NCBI GenBank assembly: GCA_002633005.1
Contig: NMRA01000006.1
Location: 1,384,442-1,448,441, forward strand
DNA from: Phoronis australis
Lineage: Eukaryota; Animalia; Phoronida
DNA: 64,000 nucleotides
Direction of reading: 5' to 3'
Shown here: piece after piece, positions 24,301 to 36,400 of the stretch
How positions within the stretch are numbered: the first letter of the stretch is position 1
Layout: the number at the start of each line of letters is the position of its first letter
The notes under the pieces: generated by a model
The model's input: only the letters and a program-made list of their open reading frames with translations
Database searches by the model: none
Told to the model about the DNA's origin: nothing
Position numbers and translations under genes: made by a program

Positions 24301-25425
24301 ACGAAACTTTCACTTACAATGCTTTTTGGACTGTACTCCAAAATCTATTAGGAATAAATTGTTGTTTTTTTTGTGTGAGGGTTATCAAAAACAGGACATT
24401 TATAGTTTCCATGCAAATATTCTCAACTTCCATAAAATGAAAACGAAATGAATTTGTAACAGAGTTTTTGAGATCTCGTCTTGGGAAATTTGTATCAAAT
24501 AAACCTGATCATGTTATTGATATCCACCTATTGTTTTGCTATCAATGTAGCTTCCTGGTTTGCTAATACTACCTAGACGTTGTCGTGTGACCCAATTAAT
24601 GTCAGATTAAGAAGTACAATATCTTTCTACTTTCATAAAATGTATACTTTTACTGAGTGAAATCTGTAGTTTTTTTTAGGTATTTAGCTAAATATGCAGA
24701 CTTCTCAGTAAGGTCCTACATAACCTTAAAGTTTACAGAAGAAACATTTTGCCTTTGTTGCAATATTTTCAGGAGTAGCAGGCTTATTGCTAGTACTAAT
24801 TTCATTGTCAGACGATAATTCAGTTGTGACGCAGACGATTGGATAATTTTATACTTTTTAAAGAAATTGAATAGTGTTATTTTTATGTTAATGCTGAACT
24901 CTCCCTCGCGCACCACAGGTATTGTCACTAGGCGAGATATTTTCTTTCTCATGTCCTGCTATTCTTTTTTTATGGTTTTGTTTCTTTCCTCACTAGCCAC
25001 ACGCTGTTGTATTGTACAAACAGTTTTTTAACCACTGTACCAAGCGAACACTTTCTCATTTCTTCCTGTCAGAAAATTAGACGAATTGCGGTTCATGAGA
25101 AAATCAACAGCGTATAATATATCAGCAAAGAATAATTGCATTGCATAAGAAGTTATGGGAGCTTGTGAGAAAAGAACCCGTGTCATTCTGTTTGTGGGTC
25201 TGTGCAGATTGCGATGGGTGATGAGCAATCACCTTGAAACAGTTCTAAGGAACTCAGTGTCACTGCTAAGCTGCATATTTCGTTTCAGAAATCCTGAAGG
25301 ATGCTTCATCAATCAGACCTGATTTGCTAGCCAAGGAAATTGACAGTGTTAAGCACAAACATCGCAGCCCTAAATATTGTGACCACCTGCTGGAGCATAT
25401 ACAGACTGCCAGTGTTAATGGGTGA
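12333..25425 (+). CDS. DNAAF5: Dynein axonemal assembly factor 5 (HEAT repeat-containing protein 2), ~834 aa
   Basis: GT-AG, phase-consistent exons: 12333-12966, 14467-14709, 16178-16264 (duplicate 17420-17506), 18244-18476, 19014-19223, 19759-19902, 20802-20970, 22040-22190, 22896-23043, 23773-24121, 25289-25425 (TGA); total 2505 nt. HEAT-repeat motifs DPVEKCRE, EQSEELRL, DPFPEVKKESC, HQHSRVR, WLLDLPDRYSFFHKL, RPNLGCR, WKAGRTA.AIRT, LLKRLDD, LLVHLDDP, KHKHRSP.YC match DNAAF5/HEATR2. Confidence 0.93.
13089..13514. mobile_element. PIF/Harbinger-like MITE in DNAAF5 intron 1
   Basis: Ends AGTCCGGTTTAGAC / GTGTAAACAGCTCT with repeated internal GTTTACAC/GTGTAAAC motifs. Confidence 0.45.
15420..15655. 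repeat. ~30-bp minisatellite (TAGATCAATGGCATGTTGCATCATATCTTTG), ~8 copies; ~4 more at 16782-16900
   Basis: Direct tandem repeats visible in intron 2. Confidence 0.92.
16374..16780. mobile_element. Insertion unique to copy 1 (transposon-like end), truncated by N
   Basis: Begins where copy 1 diverges from copy 2 (GGGAATTTTTC|CATG vs |AGCA); CpG-rich relative to the flanking intron. Confidence 0.45.
16782..17615 (+). repeat. Duplicate of ~15540-16373 including a second copy of DNAAF5 exon 3 (17420-17506)
   Basis: Starts after N at 16781; the exon copies differ only by GGG/GGC and AAA/AAG (synonymous). Confidence 0.9.
21592..21770. mobile_element. Small MITE with ~28-bp imperfect TIRs
   Basis: ATAGACCATTTTACCATTAGAAATTTGT versus terminal ACAATTCTCTAATCGTAAAATGGTCCAT (reverse complement). 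Confidence 0.65.
22191..22292. repeat. (TAT/TGT)n microsatellite starting at the exon 8 splice donor
   Basis: GTATTATTGTTGTTATTG... directly after CAGAG|. Confidence 0.9.
23238..23317. repeat. 17-bp tandem repeat (TAAAGGTCGTCTGTTAG) x4-5
   Basis: Visible direct repeats in intron 9. Confidence 0.9.
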
Positions 25426-26220
25426 TTGAGTTCATAGTTACTGCTGAGATGTATGCAGTGAGAAAATACCAACCTATGAAAGTCATCCAACAGAGTTTTG
25501 TTATGTTTTGATGAATGTGCTCTCCGGATACTGGTAGCAATGCTTAAGCAATATGAGAAAACATGGTTTAGTCACTGAACGGTAGGCACGTCATGTAACA
25601 CATGAGGTTGCGTATTCTAACCACATTGCTTGATTACAAGAACACTCGGAAAAAATGCAAAAGGTCAGTAGTAGTTATACTGAATAGAGGTCTGAATAGA
25701 ACACGTTTGTGCGCGGGCATAGTGTGCAGTTACTTGAATTAACTGAGGATTCTCGCCATGACATAGACAAAGGTAAGGCAAAACGCTTAATCATTCATCA
25801 CGTTTGGCAATTAATGAGTTTGGTGTGCTTAGAATGTTGATTTAGAAATATTTACGTGTGTTACTGTTTAAGATAGGCTTAACTGTACATTGGATTGACA
25901 CTTTCTGTTATGTATCAGAAGTGGTTTGTGTATAGTATATTTATTGTGTGAATTTTATTATTAGGTTCTGAATTGCCGGCTTATGTTTGGCTTAATGTAT
26001 ATAATTGAAATATTCAGTCTGACTCAATTTTCACTTTGGTTGAATCAGAAATTGAGTTCATTTTGTAATTAGTATGACTTAAAGGAAATTAGATCTACTG
26101 GATTACATTCGGTGCAGTGTTTGCTTTGTAGCAAAGACAACCTTTTACACATAGATGTAGGTGAGCTGTCACATGATGGATTGTGGGAAGTCATTCATTC
26201 AAAGCTGAATGAAACCAACC

Positions 26221-27040
26221 AATAAAAATAGAGAATTAAAGCACACCTTCACTTCCAGTGATCAGGTGACCTAACTGGACATTCCACACCTCTTGAACTG
26301 GAATATCCGCCTTTCTGGCTGTGTTATTGATGTTGGTAGGTGTCAAAATGTAATGAATAAAAAAATGTAGTGCATTGTCTGCTTGTGCTGGATTACTATA
26401 ATGACTTGCTAGTTAGATGTTGCTCAATGGCCATGGTCAACATTGTTAGTGGCCCAAAATAGTATCTTAGTCACGAAAAGTGATACAAATGTGTATTTAT
26501 TAATTTTCATTATGAAGCCAATTACAATACTGTACTAACACAAAAACCTCAATAAAAATTGTTGCATGGTCCATGCCACAAAGTGTAAAATGTGCAGTCG
26601 AAAGAAGTGATGAAGGTCATACTGCTCAGTGCTGTGTCAGTCTTATAAATTTGAAGCACAAACAGGATATATGCATTTGATTTATATCATGAAGAGCCTC
26701 AACAATCCACAGAATTAGGAAATCATCAACAGAGTAACCAACAAGGTTAAAGTGCTCGCTTTTGGGTACTTCTTCAGTCATATGATGTTCTTGGCCATTC
26801 ATCATAGATGCATTCAGGGAATTTTTGTGGGCTGCATTGACCAATATGACATCTGGCTGAATGGTCCCAATGCTAGTCCTTGTCTTGTTACATCGCTGTG
26901 TCTGATTTTCATTGTCAGATTTTCAGGGCACTCGCTGAAGATTTTGTAAATTACTTGATGAATTGACTTCAGTGGGAGTATAGTGTACTGTACTATTTTG
27001 TTGTTTGGGTTTATTGTATATGCGTGTACTGAATAATAAA
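26221..27040 (+). terminator. Candidate polyadenylation signals of DNAAF5
   Basis: AATAAA at 26221, ~26356, 26551 and ~27035 downstream of the stop at 25425; the one used is unknown. Confidence 0.35.
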
Positions 27041-28365
27041 TTCATAATTATACAATCATATTAAAAGTATTGTTGGGTACCGTGTTTCCCAGTGTTGTAA
27101 CAGAAAAATGTTGATGTCTTATTTCCAACTTGCAACCTCTGTATGGAAAACTATGTAATGCATCATTAGGTAAAAATGCCAAGTAAAAATATCTGAAGTG
27201 TACAAGTACATGAAGACTACTGCGACTACATGAACTGACATCAATAATGGGGCGGAATAGATTCCAAATTACTACTTTTGACCCCCATACAAGTCTGTGA
27301 CGGATCTGTGTCTGTAACGATTTAGTCATTTGATAGCTATTTGTCCTGGTACATGTTTTCACTGGTGCGTATTTAGTCCAACTTTCAAATAGTAACGTGT
27401 TATGCTTGTTTGCTTAGATTTTTTCTCAGCAAACTATTTCCCTCGATTTTGTTTGGAAACGATGACATTTTCCCAAATAGTGAGGCGTTTTGATAAAACA
27501 CGGGCATATTTCAACGGACCGTCTAATTTCAATGGGATTTCTCTGAAAAATTTGAAATAACTGATTTTGGGTGATAGCACTAGATAACAATTCCATCGTT
27601 TTCAAGCAAGCAGTGGTGACAATTTGTGCAGAATCTTAGATGTGTCATTGCAGGAATTGTTCAAGACTTCACATTGACATCACCACATAACATCACCGAG
27701 GGAGCAGAGGCAATCTGTGGTCAAGGACAATCTCAAAAAAAAAACATTACACCAGATTTTAAGGTCAATAGTATATTTATTTTTGTAAAATAAACTATTT
27801 TATTTGTCATTTCCTCTTTATGAGAAACTGGAATGATACGATAAAATGATATAAAAACACAAAACTATACAAAATTCACCTGCTGTGATATTGTAACTAT
27901 TGTAACAAAGATGGAATGTTCAAGTAAGAGAGTACTACAGTTCAATATACATGTATACTGGACTACAAAATGTCTAATTGGGAATTCATAATTTGTCAAT
28001 GACTGAACATCACATGAAAGCATGACTCCTTGCATTAAAAGTAACAGCAGCACTTGAAATTGCTTCAAGATAAGTGGAAATTAAACATGTCTGAAAAAAC
28101 AGCCCACTACACAAATAATAATTGATAAGATTCTTTCTTACATCCTTTAAATAACAATCTATAACCAAGCACTTTGCCACAGGCTCACCTGGTATGATTT
28201 TAAATTAATTATTTCAAGAGACAGGAAATGTCGCCTCTATTGAATTTTTTAACTGGTTATTTAAAACAGTTACACAGCTTTGGCACAGTATAGCAAGCCT
28301 ATTTTAACTCCCAATATACCAACAATCAATGCCCGCATTCAGGTAACTTAAGGTCAACACTCCTC

Positions 28366-29438
28366 AACAAGAGCAACGCGGAGCGTTGAAATGCGCCCAC
28401 AATTGCACCGCATACGGTATCCTTCTAGGGTTGTTTATTGGTACCATAAAGTGGCCAGTAGAGGGCATACTTTGCAAAATGGAAAGGCATGGTCATTGTC
28501 TCTTCAATGGGCTAGGGGCAAAATGTGAGTAATCTTCATAATACAAGCACATCCTATACCTCAGTTGCTTAAAACACCACAGAAACATAGAATTAAAAAC
28601 AAATTTACCAACATACGAGATTAGCACAGCATTAGAATGCCAGAAACAAATTTCTACTTGGAACTTTTCCTTCACAGTCACGAAGTAACACAAAGTATAC
28701 ACCTGAAGACCTATGAAAATACAGAGGTCAATGTAAAATACTAAAATTGCCACTAGAGGCAAATACTAAAATTGCCACTAGAGGCATACCGGTAATCAGA
28801 ATCATCCTAAAGTCGTCATCGTCCGTTGTCAACATCACATAAATACACTTGCTAAATTTAGTAAAGATCCTGCAAACGGTTTGGGAGATACAGCCATGGG
28901 CGCAAAAAAACAAAACTGCCACTAGGAGGCGCCACAGTAGTCCAAATCGTCTGAAAATCATTGTCAGCTGTCTTCCTTATAGTAAGCACATACACGCCAA
29001 TTTTCACAATCATCCTTTGAGCGGTTTGGTTGATAGAGGGGTGGACGCAAAAATACAGACTCGAAAACAGTAAAAATGGCCACTAGGTGGCGCAAACTAC
29101 GTCGAATCCATCTGAAAACAGTAGGATAGCGTCATCTCACTAATAGGTGCCTACATACCAAATTTCATGAAAATCCGTTCAATACTTTTGAAGATACAAA
29201 GGTAAGCGTAAAAAACTAAAATTGCCACTAGGGGGCACACCGGTAGTCGGATCCGTCCGAAAGTTCGCACATGCCGTCCCATTCATGAATGGAACATATG
29301 TGTCAAATTTCATGAACGTATGTCAAAGGGTTTTGGAGATAGAGCAGCGGACGCCGGACGCCGGACGCCGGACAGACGGACGGACGGACAGAGATGACGG
29401 CATAATGCGTCCACATATAAATATGTGGGCGCATAATA
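28366..29438 (+). mobile_element. HINE/DINE-1-like (Helentron-associated) non-autonomous element
   Basis: Starts AACAAGAG with small palindrome CAACGC-GGA-GCGTTG; subTIR ATGCGCCCACA (28391) matches TGTGGGCGCAT near the end; ~150-bp core repeats; (GGAC/AGAC)n microsatellite ~29349-29390; terminal hairpin ATGCGTCCACAT..ATGTGGGCGCAT. Confidence 0.85.
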
Positions 29439-30462
29439 AAGGAAGAATTCCAGAGGTAAAATGGAATTTGATTAAATGAACATATGGTCTCAGGAGAACC
29501 ACAATAAGACCATTATGGACACTGCATGAAAAAGTAATTTAAGATGGGAAAATTTGATTGCTGGCTTCCCTGCACTGGCAGATCAAAGACATGATGAGGG
29601 GGAGGCCAAAAGGCAATTAATATAGTATCTCAGTCTAAAAATGGCATGCAGTCACCATTTAATGGTTCATCGGGGTTCAGATAATCTGCATTTTTCACAG
29701 AGGTTCTACGACTGAGGTAAAAAGATACTGGGTCGGGGCCATAACCATTTTCAGACATTGAAAATCAACAAGAGGATTAAATAATATATTAATAATTCCA
29801 CAATAATTAGTGATCAATGCAATGATTATTGATATTCTGATCCCACAAGATTACCACAAAATCAGTTCCATATCAGGCACATCAGGACAGCCAAGCTGGT
29901 GTAATTACATAAACTATTACACAATATCACTGCACATATCAAACAAATGTAGCAACAAACTGTCCATTCAGGTCATTCCACAACTGAATTAAACAGCAAT
30001 TAACAAAGACAATACTAAAACATACAATGTAATTCACAATAGCAGCCAAAGAGAAGTCATGAAAGCACAAAAGCTCAGATTTTCTCAACTGAGCCAGTAA
30101 CTGAGTTGCATATAACAATGCCCACAACCTCCCGCCCCGTATTTTTGATCATAGGTGGCAGTAACTATACGAGAAGGACGAGTAATCATTTTTCTTTCAG
30201 ACAGTGTCTTGTAACATTTTTACCTCATCTAAACCCTTGACCTCAAATGTCAACCGTATTTAGATAAATACAGAGGTAAAACCAACTGGACTTGTCAGTG
30301 ATTATTCTAAGAAATTTAAGGCAGTTGAGGCCAGGATATTTTACAATAGTGCAGATTTAGATGTGAGTCAGAGAAGGCACAAAGTGAATACTTAAAGCCA
30401 GTAAAAACCAAGCTTTGCCTGCACAATACTGCCAGTACCCTGCATTGTTCAGCATGACAACT

Positions 30463-33400
30463 TCAAGGAATGAACGGAGGTGGAGCAACTGTAAAGAAAT
30501 TAAATCACGGTTTTCATGTAATAAGCAATTAATTTTTCATAACTAATATCTTAAGAGAACCAAAAGGAGAACAAAACTAAACTTGAAGCTAACATAGACA
30601 AGATCTTTGGTACGAATAAAATCAGTTTTTGCCATAACACCACCAAGAGATATAAAATAAGGTGTTTTATGGTAATTTTTTTTTCATTTAATGTTGCCAA
30701 TAAAGACTGGTTGCCTTTATGTAATCCCAGCTAATATATCAAACATGACAAAATTACAACAAAATAATTTTATGACCTAAAACAGCTGATTTCATCATAC
30801 TTTAAGAGATTAGTACATACTTTTTCCATTCTGTTTGATTTCTGCTGCAGACATCTTCTGCTCATCAGGGAACAATGCTCGGTAAGAACGTGACTGACTG
30901 ATATATCGACGCACTTGGGCGATTTCTGCACCGAGCCTTCTTAAGTCATCACCATCAAACTCTGGCAGATGAGGGTACTGAGAAAAAACAAAACTGACAG
31001 GGTAACGGAGAATTGCTAAACAAAAATATCGTTCTTGTTTTATTGCAGCACGCCCGACAGACATGTTTAGCATTAACCACCAAGATCCCATTTTGGTATA
31101 GGTAACAAGACGAATCTCAGCTAAGGTGGTTGTAAGCTTGATTTTAATTTGCAGACAATTCATTAAAGAGGCTCATGAAGGTCATTATTACATATAAATA
31201 TGAAACAACACCTTTCAACTCATCGTCAGTTCCAATATTGTGTTTGCAGTAACGTTCCTATGTCTGGAAGCATCTTTGATAAAACAGGCCCCACCCAGAA
31301 CAACGGAAATTTAAAAGAAGATATTGAAATCTCCAAAAAGACTAACCATACTTAAGCAAAAGGCAACTTTTTCATGTCCAATACCTGAACATTAACATAC
31401 TGAAAAGCTGTCATTTGTGAAAATGCTTGAATAATGCAGTCTTTTGTAAAAATTTCATAAGACCTCGATTCCTATTGATGGTGAAACTGTCACGATAGGC
31501 AGAAATAAAAAAAAATTAACATATTTCCCCAACAACCCAACTTCAAAATAAGGGTACAACTCAAAACTATGTATTTGCAATATGACAAGAGAATGTTAAT
31601 TGAAATTAATAAAAAAACGGATTTTGAAAAAAAAAAACCGAGAGTACTCCGACAATGCAATGTTGAAAATATTTATACCCACCTCAGAAGATTGACAACA
31701 GGGTGGGGGCAAACAAAAACCATTTAAGGCCTTACCTGTTCATCATGGAATCCTTCATCCAACAGTTTGTGTGCAAATAGATCCGCATCAAACTCACTGT
31801 GACACCTGTGATAACGTCCTCCTGTTTCCTGGGCCAGCAACTTCAGGAAGTTGTTAGCTGTGCTGTTGGATGAAAAGCAGTTTAATTACAGCATTACATT
31901 CAATGTAAGGTAGATAATTTGTTGCATAATGAAGTGATTAAAGTCAGAAATTTTGCAATTTCACTAAAAATATTTAAGAGACATAATGTTATATTATTTT
32001 GCACCTTGAAACTAAACTAAACTATACTATACACTGTTGGTAAAGAGACACTATTATTTATTTAGCAAATGAGAAGTAGGACTCATTGTATTCTTTGATA
32101 AGATTAAAATGCTGTGCTAATTACCTTACCTTTTATCACGGACTGCCATGAATTTGTAAATGTTTTAATAATTTATTTCCCCCCTCCTATATCATGCCAC
32201 GTGCCTTCCATTGCAACAGCCAACTGTATTGTTGCATTTTAAAATTATTACAGTGACTGTAATCGTTAGTGTTACTTAGTATGCCATGCTTATACCAACT
32301 ACATGAGCTACTAATCACTAAATATCACAACTTAGTTACCTATCTTCACAGTTGAATGATATTGTGTTGACCTCAATATGCCTCTCAGAGTTCATCCTTG
32401 CCACTTCCCTAAGCACCAGTGATGTACTGGTATCTGGCTTGCCATCTGTTAGTAAGTATATCGCTTCCACGTCAGGGTCATCAAACGCAAGCTGGAAAAT
32501 ACGACACAATAATGCTGATCCCGTCACTAACAGAGATAGCGCACTGCGAGTGTGAAAATAACCACCAATTCACTAATAGAAACATACATGCAACGAATCA
32601 ACACAAAATTTAGACTTGTGCCTATTACACAAAGCCTGATGAACAAGCAAAGCTGGACCCAGCTTTTACAAAAGGGGAGGTACAAGAAAAACAGTAACTT
32701 TCTGCAGAGAATTCTATATCACAAAACATAAGTTAGTAGAAAACTGGTAAGGATATTAAGTGTTGTGATTTCTGCACCCAGTGGTCTATTCAAATACAAA
32801 AATTAGAAACAGAAATCATTTCTTTTACTCGTGGTTCTCATTTGCCACTTTGGCTAACTAGGGGAATTCAGAACCTCTGGACCACTGGATTCGCCTATGA
32901 CAGGTTTCTAGAATTTGTACATAACATTTTCACTAGATAGCTCTGTGCTGACCCTATAGCAAAACCATTTACTACTAACATCAAGTGAAATAATTTGATG
33001 TCTAGGAGCAGCTAGTATCAGTTAGTCATCTATGATTCAATTACCTTTAGTTAATCCAACCAGAAAACAAAACTGCAGCTTGTAATGACCTCCAACACTG
33101 AAGAGCAATACAGCTACACATGTTTGACAATAAATGACAGGCTCATATACCAGTCCTTCAAGTTTGCCCCACATACAGAACATTTCACGTACCTCTAGTG
33201 CGTCCAGTGTGCATGTGTTCCCCTCGGCCTTCAGGTGAGACACCCACTTGATTGCGTCGTGAGCGTTCTGCTCTAGACATTCAGTTATCGTCTCTCGCCA
33301 CTTAACACAACCACCAGAGAAAGCTATCAAGTTGAACCTAGATGTAAAAAGCATAACAGATCTTTTTACTAGGTGTTGCTGGTGAGGTGCCCTCTTGAAA

Positions 33401-36400
33401 TGAGCAAGAACAGAAAGACGTTCCTAAGCACGGGGACATTAATGGGGTGTGGCTACTTAGTAACAACCTCAATGAATGCAGTTATACAAAGTTGTAAATT
33501 GTAGTTTCACACGTGCCATCTTGTAACATGATACAGGCTCCTAGTCCTATAACCTCAGTTGTCTTACCTTGCACCTAGCTTGTACAGTTGCTCCCAAACC
33601 AAAGACGCAAGTTCCTTCTTTAGCTCTGCCATGAAGGGGGCCATGGAGCCCGAGATGTCGATCAAGAATGCACACTGCTTGTGCACCACAGTGCCAAATA
33701 CGCGCCGGCTCCCTGTGGTGACAGGGAAAAGAGTTGACATCACTAAGATAATGTGATTGAGCAAGCAAAACAGAACTCAAAGGAGGTAAGGCCAAATATT
33801 CAGAAATTGTATCAAAACAAGAAATTGGATTAATCGTATTTTGAAGGTAACTATTAGTAAGTAAAATAACAAAAAGATCAAAAGTACTTTGGGACTACAA
33901 GATTTAATGCAAATTTTCATTTTGTGACTCGTTTGATTTACCTAACTATGACCAATCAGGAAGGAAGATTTTTTAAGTGAATTATGAAGTCAATGTAAAT
34001 TGTGACAAAGGCAAGTACCCACTCTGCCTACATTTGCAAGTTGAAGTATTGCTTCCTAACTGAAGCTAGCACACTACCAACTCATTCTCCACAGCCTAAT
34101 TTAGCGACCCAGACAAAAATAAAATGCTAATTATCAACAGACAGTTAGCAAAAATTTCATATTTATGCAAAAGTTTCCACAGAAAAATCTAAATTTCCAA
34201 CTTCTATAAGCTCTATTAAGGTACTTGTTGATTATGAATAATCGTTGTAAACAAAGTACAATCGTGTACACCATGTTGTATTACTGTTTCGTATGAATTG
34301 TAAATATTCATGCTGGAGTGAAATAAGAATAAACAATAACATTAAAAACTATCAACAGGCTTTTCACATTTAGCTTGCCCAAACCCAGACCATACCATTC
34401 AGTAGCCACTGTAGCCTCTTGAGGTATCTCTTGAGGACCCGACCAGCCTGCACCTCGTACTCCTTAAGTTCATGGGGCAAAAGTTGCAGGTGCTTGATGG
34501 TGCCCTTCACATTGATGGACGGGAAGATATCACAGTACCTGCGCACACAAGGACAGATGTTAGAATTACTGTCGTTGCAAACTTAATGAGATTTTCGTGA
34601 CCTTTGAAGCACAAGATAACAAAGTATAAACAATCTAAAACGAGATAAAAAATAGTCCAGTAATTTTTCCATTTTGCAAACCCTAACTATAACTCAGCAA
34701 AAATATCAACACAGTGAAAATCCTGCTAGCAATAAAGTAGCATTTCCTCGATATTAATGATTTTTCTTTAGAAATTCAAGAAACTCAATTCCACTTTTCT
34801 TCCATACTGTGTGCTATAAGTGAAGATTTACCGTAAGGTAAAACATATGGTATGCTGAGGCAGGTAGTTGATCAACAGAGAATAGCAGTCACAAAGAAAC
34901 AATACAACCATGTTGTTACCACGACAAAAACAGTACGGCCAACTGAATAACAGTAAGAAGACTGATACCAAAAGAGCTGTATCCTGTTCATTATAAACAC
35001 CAGACTTACATAAATTTTTCCTAAGCATTAGCTATGTACAACTGAATAAAGGTTATGAAATGTCTCACTTGGCAGTCACGTTCTTGTGCAGGGTCTTGAC
35101 CGGTTTCTCTACATGTTTACAGTCTGGTCCAGCCACAAGCTTAGTCAGGTCAAGTTTAAGTTTGTTGAGACCATACAGTCTCAGCCACTGAAAGAGCGAG
35201 AGGAACGGATAAATCACTATCACTGAACATGAAATGTGATAGGATTGCAAGTCAGATAAAAAGAAATCGAACATGCAACCCCCACGGTAACAGTCTAATA
35301 CTCTGCTGGCGGACATAGACACCCACTTGATAAATGACAGAGTATGTTAAGAGTATTCAACTGGTGAAGTCATCGGGATGATTCCAATGGATGTCTGGCA
35401 GGCAACGGCAAGAATTTGTTAGACAATCACAAATTTAAGCAAAACGGATCTTGCCAATATATGGCTCTGATCAAAGCAAATAAGTTCATCCAACAACCAC
35501 AAAAGTGTTTTTTGGCCGAAAAAACTATTATGTTCCTTTAACCAAGAGAGAGCGAGTATGTGCGATGACAAACCAGTAACAGTTTAGTTACTACGTCACC
35601 AGATTTCAATGGGAAATGTTTGCAAATTGACATTAGAGACAGAAAACATGCCTCTGCTGAAACATCTCTCAAAAGAAACACTCACATCTTTTGAAGTTAG
35701 AATGTCTTCCTTTTCTGGCAGCAGTGGTGTGCGAATTTCCTTCCTGACAGATTTGGACCCAGGATACTTTCTGAACACTGTGCCTGTAAATTACAAGTAT
35801 CAAAAATCTGTCAACCTCTTCCTTTGAGCGAACTGAAGGAGGTGATTTCATGAAAGCTATTAATATGTAACTCAAGCATATCACACGCATTACTCATGGA
35901 TTGCAGAATATGATTCGTAACAACTCATTACATGTAATCTATTACACATGCAGCAGACAAGCTGTTAAGGCTGTGCTCAGATAATCTGGACAGGATTACA
36001 ATTGGTTTCAGCCACAATGGATACTAATTTCTGTTCAGTAGACAAAGTTTGACGACAGGCTCGTTAGTAGACCACACAAACTCGGTTACAGAGTTAGTTA
36101 AGTTGCACGTATTGACTTTTTATGTGAGAATCTTGACCCTTCGCATCTTAAAGTGCAGTGCTTTTGAGTTTTCATCCACAAAACAAGGTAGTGATAAGAT
36201 TCCTGAACAAACTTAATTCTGTCTTGAACAATGTAAGGTAAAGATGGATTGTTTTCAAGTTTCGGTAAAACAACATCATAACATGTCCCTTTAGATTACT
36301 TAACAAATATTACACGCATGATTACAAGCTACAGAGATATTGCATTGAAACATAAACTTTAATAATATAAAATGCAAAACAACATACCAACATTATTTTT

